Below, one piece after another: positions 37,301 to 49,329 of a stretch of DNA of 64,000 nt. The stretch is from assembly GCF_006345805.1 (NCBI RefSeq), contig NC_043018.1, positions 3,968,001-4,032,000 of the forward strand, written 5' to 3'. A model generated the notes under the pieces. That model did no database searches, had not been told where the DNA came from, and was given only the letters and a program-made list of their open reading frames with translations. The stretch comes from Octopus sinensis. Its lineage: Eukaryota. A program made the translations under genes and the position numbers. The stretch's first letter is position 1, and each line of letters opens with the position of its first letter.

Positions 37301-37862
37301 CCGCGGGCTCGCCAGCGGCATACCTGCGCCGGTCGCCCGTTGCTCCGCCGCCCTACCCTGCCCGATATCGAAAGAACGAACCGAAACAGTGAAAGCATGG
37401 CGCAACTCCACCTCTGACGGCCACTACCTATACTAGCCGCAGTTGTTATCTATCGACGTGTTCCTTAGCGTAAATTTTCGAAAGATAACAACTGCGGCTA
37501 ATATAGGTAGGAACCGATGGCGGCAGCCCTGCGCCAGTCGACCGGAGCTCCGCCGCGCTACCGTGCCCGATATAGAAAGAACGAATCGAAGCTAGCGGTA
37601 TCGCCCACGTACACGTGGATGTACCCGCGACCGAACCCGTCAGTCGCCCTGAGTTTGTGGCGATATACACCTGGTAAATACAACGACGTGGTCCGATCCC
37701 TAAGTTAACGGAAACAGACCCGTGAGCTTACGGGTCGGCCCACGCTGGATAGTCACGCTCTAGGTGACCGTCGCACCTCAAGGGGGTCCAGACTATTTTG
37801 ACGGCTAGCAGTTGGCAAGTGGATGTCTCCGGTATCGTTCGGTAAGATGCTTGAGACGTCAG
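34326..37862. repeat. CpG-rich complex repeat: ~210-bp and ~170-bp modules in both orientations with a fold-back palindrome (possible rDNA IGS-like or foldback-element DNA)
   Basis: The modules GCGACCGATGCCGGAAGGCTGTCACGAGATACACGCGG...CTAGTATAGGTAGG... and GTCAGTCGCC...GGATAGTCACGCTCTAGGTG are repeated. Much more GC/CpG-rich than the flanks. Confidence 0.85.
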
Positions 37863-38135
37863 ACTATTTGTATCAGTTTTACTTCCTTCTGAAGTAGATA
37901 TTTTTGCTGTCCTATGGTGGTTATTTTATAGTAGTTTTCCAGCTGTATAAGGCCTCTACCACTTTCTATACGTTGTATATATAGCCTTTCTATGTCAGAT
38001 TTTGGGTGATGCATCCTAGATCCTGTCATTATTTTTCTTGTTTTCCTATCTATTTTGGTCAGTTCATTTAGTGTCCAGTTAAGGATATTGTAGCTGTAAC
38101 TTATAACTGGGACGGCTAAAGTGTTAATACCTATT
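37862..38135 (-). mobile_element. R4/Dong-clade non-LTR retrotransposon RT fragment next to (TAA)n
   Basis: GINTLAVPVISYSY...IDRKTRKIM...HHPKSDIERLYI...GRGL is the characteristic post-RT segment of R4/Dong. It abuts (ATT)n at ~38133-38155. Confidence 0.8.
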
Positions 38136-38361
38136 ATTATTATTATTATTATTATCCATATTATCATTTGTATTATTAGTCATTCTTATACCTCTTTCAT
38201 AATCGATTTCACAAGGTGCACTATTTCTATTACTACTATCTCCTATGTCATTAATGAATTTTCCATTAAAACTTCTGTCATCATTTCTATCATTACGGTA
38301 CCTTATTTTATTCCTGTTCATCGAAGCGATTATAGACTCTAGATTGGGAGTGACCGAATAA

Positions 38362-39508
38362 TCTCTCTCTATATAAATGGCAGTTTGTCTGTCTGTGTGT
38401 CTGTCAGGTTGTACCCTCACCCTGACTACGGCTTTCAACCGATTCTGATGAAACTTGACACACACATAGCCCAATGTCATAACTCAAAACTAACGCAGCG
38501 AAAATTTTGAAAAGTTCCCCCAGTTCTGAAAAAAATCGATAAATTTGACATAGGGTCGAGAATCTAAACTTTTTATATGCAACACATATTCTGTTGTAGT
38601 TTTCGCAACTTGCAATCGATTTTCACCAAACTCATGGTGAAGCTTAATGTTACCCTAAGAAACTTAATTCTGACGTTAGTTTTCCATGCAATACCTTACC
38701 ATCAGAAAAAATCGATAAAATCATGCCATTTTGGGAAATCGCGTTCGAATTCAAGATGACATATTTTCGACAATACCTTTCACAAATTGGCAGGAATTTT
38801 TTTTTAAATTCACAGCGAGCATCATGTCTGCTCCAAGGAGCTATATGGCCCTTTTATTGCAATAGGATACTTTATTACTGGAAAAATTCGGTTAATTAAA
38901 TCATATGTGGCACACATAGCAAACCGATTTGTGTATTAAACACAAACCACAGACTGTCTAGGGGAGGCAACTCAACCTTTTTAACTCTCGGAACACGTGG
39001 GGTAAGTATCTCAAAATGTATAAAAATGTACAAAAACGGCAAAAAAGCGGGCAGCAATGTGAGTGACAACAACAAAAAAGTCAAAAGTGACCAAACTGAA
39101 CAAACGAATGAAAAAGGTATTTTGGTGCACACGACAAAAGCGGTTTATAATAAACCAAGAGTTTGCAAGTAGCGTCCGAGGACCCTTAGGGTACGTCAAA
39201 AATTTAAAGTAAAACTTTTGGGGTGGTAGTTATAAAGAAAGTTTAAACAAAAAAAGTATTCGAATAACTTGCGGCTGCAGCAGCTATTAGCAGAAGTTGG
39301 GGGTAAAGTCTCGAATGTAATTTCTTCCTGGTAGGAATTGGTTGGATTGAATTATCGATAGCTGTTTGATAGTTATTTAGGAGTGAAGAGAAGACATTGC
39401 AACCTACACATGCACCTTCGTTCCCTAGAGGGAAAGGACTAGATTGGGATTAGTCGTTGCCTACTAGGGGCTCTTACATACCTGGGCAACGCCGGGCTAT
39501 CCTGCTAG
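38362..39508 (+). mobile_element. Non-autonomous Helitron, complete
   Basis: 5' TC, subterminal (CTGT)n, 3' hairpin CCTGGGCAACGCCGGG and CTAG. Inserted between A (38361) and T (39509) with no TSD. Confidence 0.8.
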
Positions 39509-39519
39509 TCAACAATAAA

Positions 39520-42500
39520 GCTAGCTGAAAGGTAGGTCTGGTGAGATTGTTGAGATGCTTGAACAGAGATGTGTAGATTTGTGCTGTATCCAAGGAGTAA
39601 GGTGGAGATGAAGCCCTGCTCGGTTCCTCACAGGCAAAGAACATAGATACAAGATCTTCTGGGCAGGGAACACTGATGGGGTCGGGTGCGTGGGTATACT
39701 TCTTGCAGAGAAATGGATTGATAAGGTAATCAAGGTAGTCAGAGTCTGCAATAGAATACTTAAGATTAGATTAGTGCCTCACCATGGGTTAGCAACCATT
39801 ATCTTGGCCTATGCTCCTCAGCTGGAGCTACCTGATGGACAGAAAACTGATTTTATGACACCCTCTTACTAACTACCTTGTCGACAAATGACAGGGATAT
39901 TCTCTTTGTGGCTGGTGATTTCAGAGAGCTTCCATGGCATACATGGAAGCTATGGTTTTGGTTCCTGCAATGAAGAGGGAACCAGGCTGCTGGAGTTCTG
40001 CGATGCAAATGATCTTATGGTTTGCAATACTAACTTCAGGAAACCTAGCAGTCACCTAGACACACTAGTCAGATTGACTACATCCTCACCAGGAAAAGGG
40101 AAAGATGGCTACTTATAAATGCCAAAACCTTCCAAGGCAAAGAATGTACCCCACATAGACTAGTAGTTAGCGACTTCAGGATCAGAACTAAATGGTCGCC
40201 CAGAAGACAACCAGCATGAAGATGAAGAGTCTGGAAGCTTAATGATCCTGTGAATGGACAGAGATTTAGAGACATTTTACTCAAAGCTTTTGATGAAATA
40301 GAGGGGTATATAACATTACATGATGTGGAAGACAACTGGAGGTTTCTATGAGACAACCTGTTGAGGGCCACTGACCATATCTGTGGATTGTACAAAGTCT
40401 CCTCTAGACCCAACGTAATATGGTGGTGGAATAATGTTGTTGACAGGGCTATTAGAGAAAAGAGACAGGCTTGGAAGGACTGGAAGAACGGTGGTAGCAG
40501 GGAATCATATCTGACTGTCAAAAGGGAAGCTAGGAGACAGGTTTATTTAGCCAGCAGGGAAGCAGATAAGAAAAAATTTGCCAATGTTCTGTGCCATAAA
40601 AACCAAAAACTTGAGGTATTTCGTGCTGTGAGACAGTGTGTGAGAGAAAATCATGATGTCATAGGAGGCAAATGTTTTCACGTGGATGATGGTTCACGTG
40701 CATTAAATGATTCTACAAAGAGAGAGGTTTGGAGACACCACTATGAAAGGTTGCTGAATAAAGAGAATGACTGGGAGAGCTTGCTGAATGTCGACACAAC
40801 AGAGGGACCAGCTATCCGAATTGACAGTACCTTGGTAGATAAAGCAATTAAGGGTATGAAGACAGGAAAAGCCCCGGCCCATCAGGAATCACCACAGTGA
40901 TGCTCAAAATATCTGGCAGTGTTGGCTATAGCTTAGTCATTCATATAGTCAACCAGGTGTTACATGAAGGAGTCATACACAATGACTGGTGTAAGTTGCA
41001 CTATAGTCAACTGCTACAAAGGTAAAGGTGACACTTTAGATACAAACAATTACAGAGGTATCAAGTTGTTGGATCAAGTAATGAAGGTCATGGAGAGGGT
41101 TGTATCCCAACTAATTAGGGAGAGGGTCAGTCTAGACGAGATGCAGTTTGGGTTTGTGCCATGGAAAAGCACCACTGATGCTATATTTTTGGTAAGATGC
41201 TATATTTCTGGTAAGGGCCTTAGAATCAACCTAGCTAAAACCAAAGTCTTAATAAGTAGGAAGGCAGACAAACCACAAATCCCTTCAGGTAGTTGGCCCT
41301 GCTTGATCTGTAGAAAAGGCGTAGGTAGAAACTCCATAAGGTGTACCCAGTGTAAGCTATGGACACATAAGAGGTGCAGAAATATTAACTGGGAAGATTG
41401 TTTTTGCATGTGGCAGATGCTCAGGAGCAATAAACACTGGAAATTTGCAGAGAACAGCTTCAGTCACATTCCAGGGGAAAAACTAATAGTTGATGACTTC
41501 CGTTACCTAGGTGACCAAGTCAGTAGTGAGGGTGGATGCTCTGAAAGTGTAGCTGCTAGAATAAGAATAGCCTGGGCAAAGGTCAGAGAGCTCCTACCTC
41601 TGCTGGCAACAAAAGGCCTCTTGCTCAGAGTAAAAGGTATGCTGTACGAACAGCCGTGCTACATAGCAGTGAAACATGGGCTGTGACTGCTGAGGACATG
41701 CGTAAGCATGCAAGGAATGAAGCCAATGGATGTGTAATGTCAATATGCATAAGCTCCTTGAGAGAAAAAGTTGGACCTAAGAAGCATCAGATGTGGTGTG
41801 CAAGAGAGACAACTGCACTGGTATGGACATGTTGTGCGAATGGATGAGGACAGCTGTGTGAAAAAGTGTCACACCCTAGCAGTTGAGGGAATCTGTGGAA
41901 GGGGTAGACCCAGGAAGACCTGGGATAGGGTGGTGAAGCACAACCTTTGAACGTTGGGCCTCACCGAGGCAATGAGTAGTGACCAGGACCTTTGGAAATA
42001 TGCTGTGCTTAAGAAGACCTGGCAAGCCAAGTGAAACCACAACCTCTGGCCTATACCAGTGTCACATAACCAGCCTACTTATGCATTGCTTGCGAAGACC
42101 TGTTGAGGCAAGTGAAATTAAATTTTGCTGATGTGGCCGATGATAGCACTTCCTGAATGCCATTGCCAGTGGAACATTAAAAGCACCATCCAAATGTGAT
42201 CATTGCCAGGGTCCCTGACTGACTCCCGTGCTGGTGGCACATAAAAATTACTATTCTAGTGTGATCGTAACCAGCATCGCCTTACTGGCACTTGTGCTGG
42301 TGGCATGTGAAAAACAACATTTGAGTGAGGTCGTTGCCAGTGCCAGTGGACTGGCTCCTGTGCAGGTGGCACATAAAAAACAACATTTGAGCATGGTTGT
42401 TGCCAGTACTGCCTGACTGGCCCTCATGCTGGTGGCATGTAAAAGCACCCACTACACTCTCGGAGTGGTTGGCATTAGGAAGGGTATCCAGCTGTAGAAA

Positions 42501-42613
42501 CTCTGCCAGATCACTTTGGAGCCTAGTGCAGCCATCTGGCTCACCAGTCCTCAGTCAAACCGTCCAACCCATGCCAGCATGGAAAGCGGATGTTAAACGA
42601 TGATGATGATGAT
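39520..42613 (+). mobile_element. Degenerate RTE LINE (APE endonuclease, RT with internal deletion, PHD finger, 3' UTR repeats, (GAT)n tail)
   Basis: Motifs DLCCIQ, AYAPQ, AGDF, NYRGIKLL, EMQFGF and FRYLG. Tail GATGATGATGATGA at ~42599-42614. Confidence 0.9.
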
Positions 42614-42800
42614 GAGATTTGATAAGCACATGTTCCTATTTATGATTTTCTATTCTGAAAACTTTCTGATACCATTTGAATTGAATTGTCAATTTGAAAT
42701 GACTTTAGCATGTATCACTTTTTTTAGAGATTGAATTAGAAATGTTTTATTTTCAACTATGCAACCTTAACAAATAATGCTGTTGAGAAATTAATAATAA

Positions 42801-43144
42801 CTAGCACTGTGACCCAGCGTTGCTGGGTCATAATGCTAGTGCATGCTTATACACACAATCGAGTACTGTCCAAATCTCTACCCAATCACATACAACTAGC
42901 TGGCATTCAATTGGCGTATCAAGTTTCGGGCATTTTGATTGGGTTTGGATATAAAATTCACAAAAAGTCACTTCTATTGATTTTTTAATGGCTTTGTGGG
43001 GTTACTGGGGAAATGTAATGATGTGCATGACCACCCTTGGACGGTTTTGAATGACCATAGAAAGTGTGAGCCCTCTAACTGAAAAATTGTGGATTTGTAT
43101 AAAGGACACACACACAGACATTTTGCCATTTATATATATAGAGA
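42801..43144 (-). mobile_element. Non-autonomous Helitron
   Basis: The minus strand runs TCTCTATATATA...hairpin GACCCAGCAACGCTGGGTC...CTAG at an A|T site. Confidence 0.75.
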
Positions 43145-43495
43145 TAATCTTTACTTAAGCATTATTTTTCCCTTTCATTATTCAGGATATCCAAATTTAT
43201 CTTTGTACATTCCAAGTTTCATTTCAATCTGGAACATTTTGTCCCTAAATCAAAAGTTCTTCAATAATTTTTTTCTTGCAGATTATGAATCTCTTATGTT
43301 TGAAACATTAAACTCTATAAACTTAGTTTTTTGTAGTATGAAAAAGAAAATGCCATGCTTACACAAACAAGTGCCAAAGCTTCCTCACCTCAGCTCTATA
43401 AGATGGTATAATTACAGATATGTACTTGACTAAATTTACTTCCTAATAACTTACAGGAAAATGGTTTTGATTAAATTTTCTACCAATAATTTTCA

Positions 43496-43617
43496 GAGGG
43501 TATAGATTAGGATTACACAAGAAATTAATGTAGAAAAGAATGTAGAAAAAGAATAAGAGGGTATAGATTAGGATTACACAGGAAATTAATGTAGAAAAGA
43601 ATGTAGAAAAGGAATAG
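43496..43617. repeat. ~61-bp tandem duplication
   Basis: GAGGGTATAGATTAGGATTACACA...GTAGAAAA occurs twice. Confidence 0.8.
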
Positions 43618-44811
43618 GAAGTACATTTCATGTACCTTGGCTTTCTCTCCTTATGTGTTTTGATAATGTAAATTACATTTTTGGGGTAAAAACAATTACT
43701 TTTGTGCACTTATCCACTTGTTTTCTCCTGAGATTTGTTCAATTAATGTTTTGTTGAAATTAAATTTTCCAAATATTTATAAAGATAAAAAAAGTTATCA
43801 GATGTGAATTTGCAATGGGCCTTTGAATATGCCCACAAGGTCCCTATCTCAGAGAAATAAAAGAATTGTGTTCCATATTATGTCTTCACTATTCTCTAAT
43901 GGAGCAATGTGAATGTCCCATTGTTATTTTTTTTTTAATATCTTAGGGCTTAAAATACCATTATAGCCCCCACATCTCCAATCAAACCTATGCACATCTT
44001 GGCATATTAAAAAACATTTTTTCGACCACATGGATGTTTTAAAATTTTATGTATATGCTGAGGACAAAAATCACATGCATTTTCTCTAGACTTAAGTTAG
44101 CCAATTGAAACTATCCATTGCCAACATATTGGAATTTGTAATTGTCTGTTTCAGTGGGAATAGCCTTAACATTATTATTATGTGTGTTAAGAGGATGAAA
44201 ACATTACAAAACCTTGAATTTTTTTTCTTTTATTCTTAAATGAACAGAAGCAAAACAAGTCAATATAACAAAACTGTAGAACCCTTCAACAACAAGAATG
44301 GGAACTGCCACAGCAACAACAGCAGCAACATCAACAAAGTGACCAGCAGCCACAGTCACTCCTCAATCCTGGCCCAATTAATGACCCTTTAATTTCCACA
44401 ATCAGCAGCCCTTCACATTTCTCATTTTCCCACTGAATGCCACAAATGACTCATCATTGCAACCTTTCTCTTCTAAACAACGAAGCAATGACATAACAGT
44501 CATGGTTGTCCCTCTACACTTGTGCAATTGTTTCTTTACAATTGTGCCAATAACAGAATATAACACTAGGATCTGAGAATTTGTATAACCCTGGATATGG
44601 TTCAGGTCTCCCTTTGAGGATGAAAGTGCATGTCAAAAGTTGTAGAAAGGGAAAAAGTCACTGATGTAATGCTTATGAATGTTGGTTTTTATTTTTAAAC
44701 ACACAAATCATAGTGTTTATACATTGCCTTCATATTTTGTAATTTTTGTTTATTTTTTGTAATTTCTTTTTTGTTTTTGCCTTTTTTTTTCACTTTTTGT
44801 TTATTCATTTA

Positions 44812-45206
44812 CTAGCAGTATCGCCCGGCGTTGCTCGGGTTTGTAAGGGAAATAATTATATAAGCATTTTTAGAGATGTAAAGTATAATAGCCATCTCAA
44901 TATGGCTAACCACAAAGGGGGAGGGGTGTTACTATAGCTTTTTACGTTCTGAGATTTAATAATAAATTTTAGAGAGTTACTTCCCTTATATATGTCAAAA
45001 ATGGATTAAAAATGGGAAAAATTGATGGTAAATTTTTTTTTAAATCGTAGACTCATCGTAGACACGCGCTAATACCCAGACGGTCTCGATATGAATCACG
45101 ACTATAAGATACCCGGTTTTGGTTAAACTGCACCGCAAAATGTGGGAGTAGTTAGGAATCTAAATCGTAGGAGACAGACACACAACCTCACTTTTATATA
45201 TAAAGA
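44812..45206 (-). mobile_element. Non-autonomous Helitron, complete
   Basis: The minus strand runs TCTTTATATATAAAAG...CCCGAGCAACGCCGGG...CTAG at an A|T site. Confidence 0.8.
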
Positions 45207-45631
45207 TTTCCTCTATTTACATAATATTGAGGTCTCTTTCTTTCTTTTGTTATCTTACTGTTTTTACCAATATACATATATATATATATATATATAAATA
45301 TATATATAGTTACAGAGATGTACTTGCATAGCAAGTGACTTGATCTGAGATCGTGTGCTGGAACGAAAACAGTTGCAGCGTTGAAGGTGTTTATAAGCCA
45401 TTTAAGAAACACACAAAAACCGTTAGATTCACTTCAACATTTAAATTTAATTTGTCAAAATATTTTCGTCGCTTTGAGACCGCGACCTGTTAGCACGATA
45501 TTTTTGTCAGTGAACAGGTCGCGGTCTCAAAGCGACGAAATTATTTTGGCAAATTAAATTTAAATGTTGAAGTGAATGTAACGGTTTTTGTGTGTTTCTT
45601 AAATGGCTTACAAACACCTTCCACGCTGCAA
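45207..45631. mobile_element. Penelope-type inverted pseudo-LTR pair
   Basis: ~45372-45491 and ~45512-45631 are inverted, near-identical arms with a hammerhead-like motif at the centre. Confidence 0.6.
45503..45553 (+). ncRNA. Minimal type I hammerhead ribozyme motif, G3:C8 core variant
   Basis: Stem I TTTGTCA/TG(A/G)CAAA, core GTGAACA, stem II GTCGC/GCGAC, then GAAA and a palindromic mini stem III (AATATT in the other copies). Confidence 0.55.
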
Positions 45632-45954
45632 TATATATATACACACATATATATATATGTATGTATGTATGTATGTGTGTATATGTGTATGCATGTATGT
45701 GTGTGTGTGTCCTCCACCACTGCTTGACAACGAATGTTGGTTTGTTTACATCCCTGTCACCTAGTGGTTTGACAAAGGAAACAGATAGAATAAGTACAAT
45801 GCTTACAAAAATAAAACTGGAGTTGATTCATTAAACTACAATTCTTCAAGGCATTGCCCCAGCATGGCCACAGACCAATGGCTGGAAAAAGCAGAAGAAT
45901 AAAAGAATACATTCTCTGCTTTGGTCTTATGTTCAAGGCATGAGAAAGCTTGAG

Positions 45955-46240
45955 TTTACATGAGAAGGCCTAACAGACCTGGTAGAAACAGCAGCCAAAT
46001 CTCCCTCAAATCACACCTTACTGTCTTATGTATGTATATATATATGAGCCAATGAGGGGAACCTCTACATGGTAGCTAGACCTGGTAGAAATAGCAGCCA
46101 AATTTCCCCCAAATCACACCTTACTGTCTTATCTATGTATATATGTATGTATGAGCCTATGAGGAAGACCCCTACATGGCAGCTAGACATGGTAGAAATA
46201 GCAGCCAAATCTCCCTCAAATCACACCTTACTGTCTTATC
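45955..46240 (+). repeat. Tandem triplication of a ~110-bp SINE fragment
   Basis: GGTAGAAA(C/T)AGCAGCCAAAT(C/T)TCCC..AAATCACACCTTACTGTCTTAT occurs three times. Confidence 0.75.
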
Positions 46241-46244
46241 TTAT

Positions 46245-46713
46245 ATTCGTCGTAAAAAACTTTCCTGTCACACACTCACGCACACACACACGCACCCTCA
46301 CACACACACACACGCGCACACACACACACACACTCACACACACGCACGTTAGCTTACAATTTTATTGATATATTTGCGTGTCTATGTGTGGAAAGAGGAA
46401 GTGGGAGGCAGAGTGAAAGAATCACTCACTACAGTAAGTGAATTACTTTCATTTTATTCGTTGCCCACTGTGTGTGTGCGTTTGCGTGTGGTGTAAAACA
46501 GACTAAGAAAAGCATTTGACACACACACCAGAATGTGAGTTTTCTGTAAATTTTGCTTAATTGGAGTTTAAATTTTAAAAACTGGACCTGGCATGACGCG
46601 ATGCATTGTACTCTTAAAAATGCTAGGTAAATTGTAATTGAAGAAATCCTATATTGTAGATTTCTATAACTCCCAAAGGGAGGCAGATAAAATCTGCCTT
46701 TTATAATAAGAGA
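46245..46713 (-). mobile_element. Helitron 5' fragment
   Basis: The minus strand begins A|TCTCTTATTATAAAAGGCAG like the other Helitrons. No 3' CTAG end was seen. Confidence 0.45.
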
Positions 46714-47519
46714 TTTGTTGTTTCATTTTGGTACATCTCAAAATTCTTCAGTTTCGCTTTCCTTTTTGTGGTTTAATGCCCCCACTTTTCTGTTATTGCA
46801 CTTCTGTTACATGATGGCCTGGTTGGATTTTGACATAGGTGGTCTGTTGAAGAGGAGGAAAAATACAATGAATTGAAATAAAATAGAAAAGTGTTGGGTC
46901 ATGTGGCAAGTAACCAAGAGACAAGCAAGGTTAAATAATTTTGTTACATCCGACCAGCCATTGTCCTCCTACTCCTCACCTCCTTTGTCACATTCTACAG
47001 GAGTTAATTTGTATTCCCCTATCTCTCCCCTACTCTTTCTAACATCAGATTCAACTGGAATTTGTCAGGCTCATTCCCTTTATTCACTCCATAACTCCTG
47101 TAACAGCCATCTTGCTGCTATTGCTTCCTGCCCATCAGCTGAACTCCACCACCAGTATTAATGTTCTTCATCCAGTTCCCCCTTGTACTGCCATTGCTAA
47201 CCTCCCCCCCCCTATTCACTCCACCACTCCTGTTAATCACCTCCTGCAATCCACCACCAGAGTTAATGCTGTTCACCTATCTCTCCCCTCAACCTCCAGT
47301 GCCAATCTCACCACCCCATCTGAATTCTAATTCTAATGCTGCCAATTCTCCTCCAAGTTGTATGCTTGGCACTGTACAAGTCGCTGTTTGAAGACCATCA
47401 AATACCACTAGTGTAGTCTAAGTTACTACAGGAGCTGTGTCAGCATTACAAAGGTTCAAGCCAAAAATTTTTCAAACTGAACATGCAACTAATGCCACTT
47501 CAGCTCCAGCATACTTAGT

Positions 47520-48445
47520 TGGGAAGAACCTTGCTCTGATGTCCAGATCACTGTTGAGGATTTTCCTGTCAACCTTCGGGGCTTATCCAGGTTGCTCCTC
47601 TTTAGTAGGCAACATCCTCTCCAACATGGACTAGTTCCAACAGGGAGATGGATGAAGCTCTGTTACAGTGGAGAGAGCTGGGTTCATCAGTTCCTGTTAC
47701 AGTTGAAGATAGATGGAAGCAGAAGGTATGGGACAGTCTGTGTTGAGGTGTCACTCTCAATTCTCTTTGACCAATCTGATAATTTTTCAAGGTGTTGCAT
47801 ACTTTCTGCTAGTGCAAAATTCTCAGGTAACTTGATTGATGTTCTGCAACATTGCAGGTCTTCTCAGTCTAGATGAGCTCTGCATCTCCATTGCACTCAA
47901 AGTAGGAGCTGATGTCTGGAGGGGACTGAGATGTCACTATAGTAGGCCCCCTCGACTCCACAAGTTTTCATGGTCTGTCTTGCCACTTAAATGCTGGTCA
48001 TTTCACTCATCACACTGAGCTAAACTTAATCATTAAGTGGGCCCTGGCTTGAGTTGATATACCCTCGGTTCTGGAGCCAGCAGGATTATCCAGAAATGAT
48101 GGGAAGATGCTATGGTCTTATCCTCTGTTGTAAGAGGTAGGTGCCTCATCTGGAAGATGCCACAGTCTGTGACTCTTTTACTCCCTCCCATATTCTGGAT
48201 GCTGCAGTAAATGGGAGGGTCACTGCTTCTATAGCCAAATGGAACAAAATCCTGAAGTATTGGGACCTGTTAGGGAACTATCTCTTGTAGCCATTGACAT
48301 TTGGCGGCACTGGACTGCTAGTGGAAAAGTTCTTATCATGGTTTGCAGTTTACCTTACTGAGTGTCAGGTGATGCCTGTGAGGGTGCTCGGCTATTCTAA
48401 CACCTTAGCCTTGTCATTGCCCATGGGAATGTCTTGAACTTGTTG
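47520..48445 (+). mobile_element. Highly degenerate CRE/NeSL-type non-LTR retrotransposon (RT remnant, Zn knuckle, restriction-like endonuclease)
   Basis: QQGD remnant, LSLDELCISIALKVGADV, a DAT..DSF.PSH segment and a terminal HLSLVIAHGN matching the CRE-like QRLS.AI.RGN end. Confidence 0.55.
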
Positions 48446-49329
48446 GTTTGCTTCATTAAGTTTCATTGAACCTTGTTGTGTGTGACCAATTGAGACACTC
48501 AGTGTTGCATTGATTTTTTTCTTCTTCTTTTGTAAAATATATTCCTTTTCACTAAATTATTGCAAATTGTAACCATTATTTTGTACTCCCAACACTGTCA
48601 GATGTTGCAGATAGAAAATCTATTGCTCATACACTAAAACTTTTAATGGAACATAGAGTGGCCACCATCATAACAATTGTAGGTCTTTATCCAATTGAAA
48701 GTGGCTGCTATTGAAGAATGTATTTTTTCTAATTAATAAACGTTGCCTACATTTCCAAGAATAACCACCCTGTAATCATTTCACAAACAGTTATGGCCAC
48801 AGTCATTCACACAAGCTTGGGTTAGAATCCCACGATCATGCCCGACGAAAGGATGTCAATATTCCTATAATGCATCCAAGATGATGATGGAATTAAAGTT
48901 ATAACAGAAGAAAAAAACTAGTTTCTACTGGGAAAAATCGAAACCGCGTCGTGACGCACCAAACTTGATAATATAGTAGTCAATTGCCTTGTTATGACAT
49001 GGCATAACAGGAACAACCACTTTGTATCGACGAGGGAGCAGTTTCAGAAACAACGCCTTACGTCAACCCCCGACACCAGCCGCCTGCAGTCAAGTCATTT
49101 CTGTAAATTTAAAGAGCATAAAAGGAAAAACAAGCAAAATAATTTACAAACATTTAACTAATCAATCAATTTTTTTGTTTAGTATTTAATTTTATTTATG
49201 AAAGGAGTTTTTGAAATTTAGTTTGGTAACAGAAATTAATAAAAGAAAAAGAAAAAAGATGAAGAAAATCTAAGCAATTGTAAAAATAAGTTGAAATCTC
49301 ATTCGGTCTCGTGTCAGTGTGATTCCCAT

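Noticed and set aside
34406-37708. Many short ORFs in the GC-rich block, suggesting a bacterial or viral insert
   Set aside because: They are expected from high GC and repeated modules. There is no consistent frame or recognisable protein.
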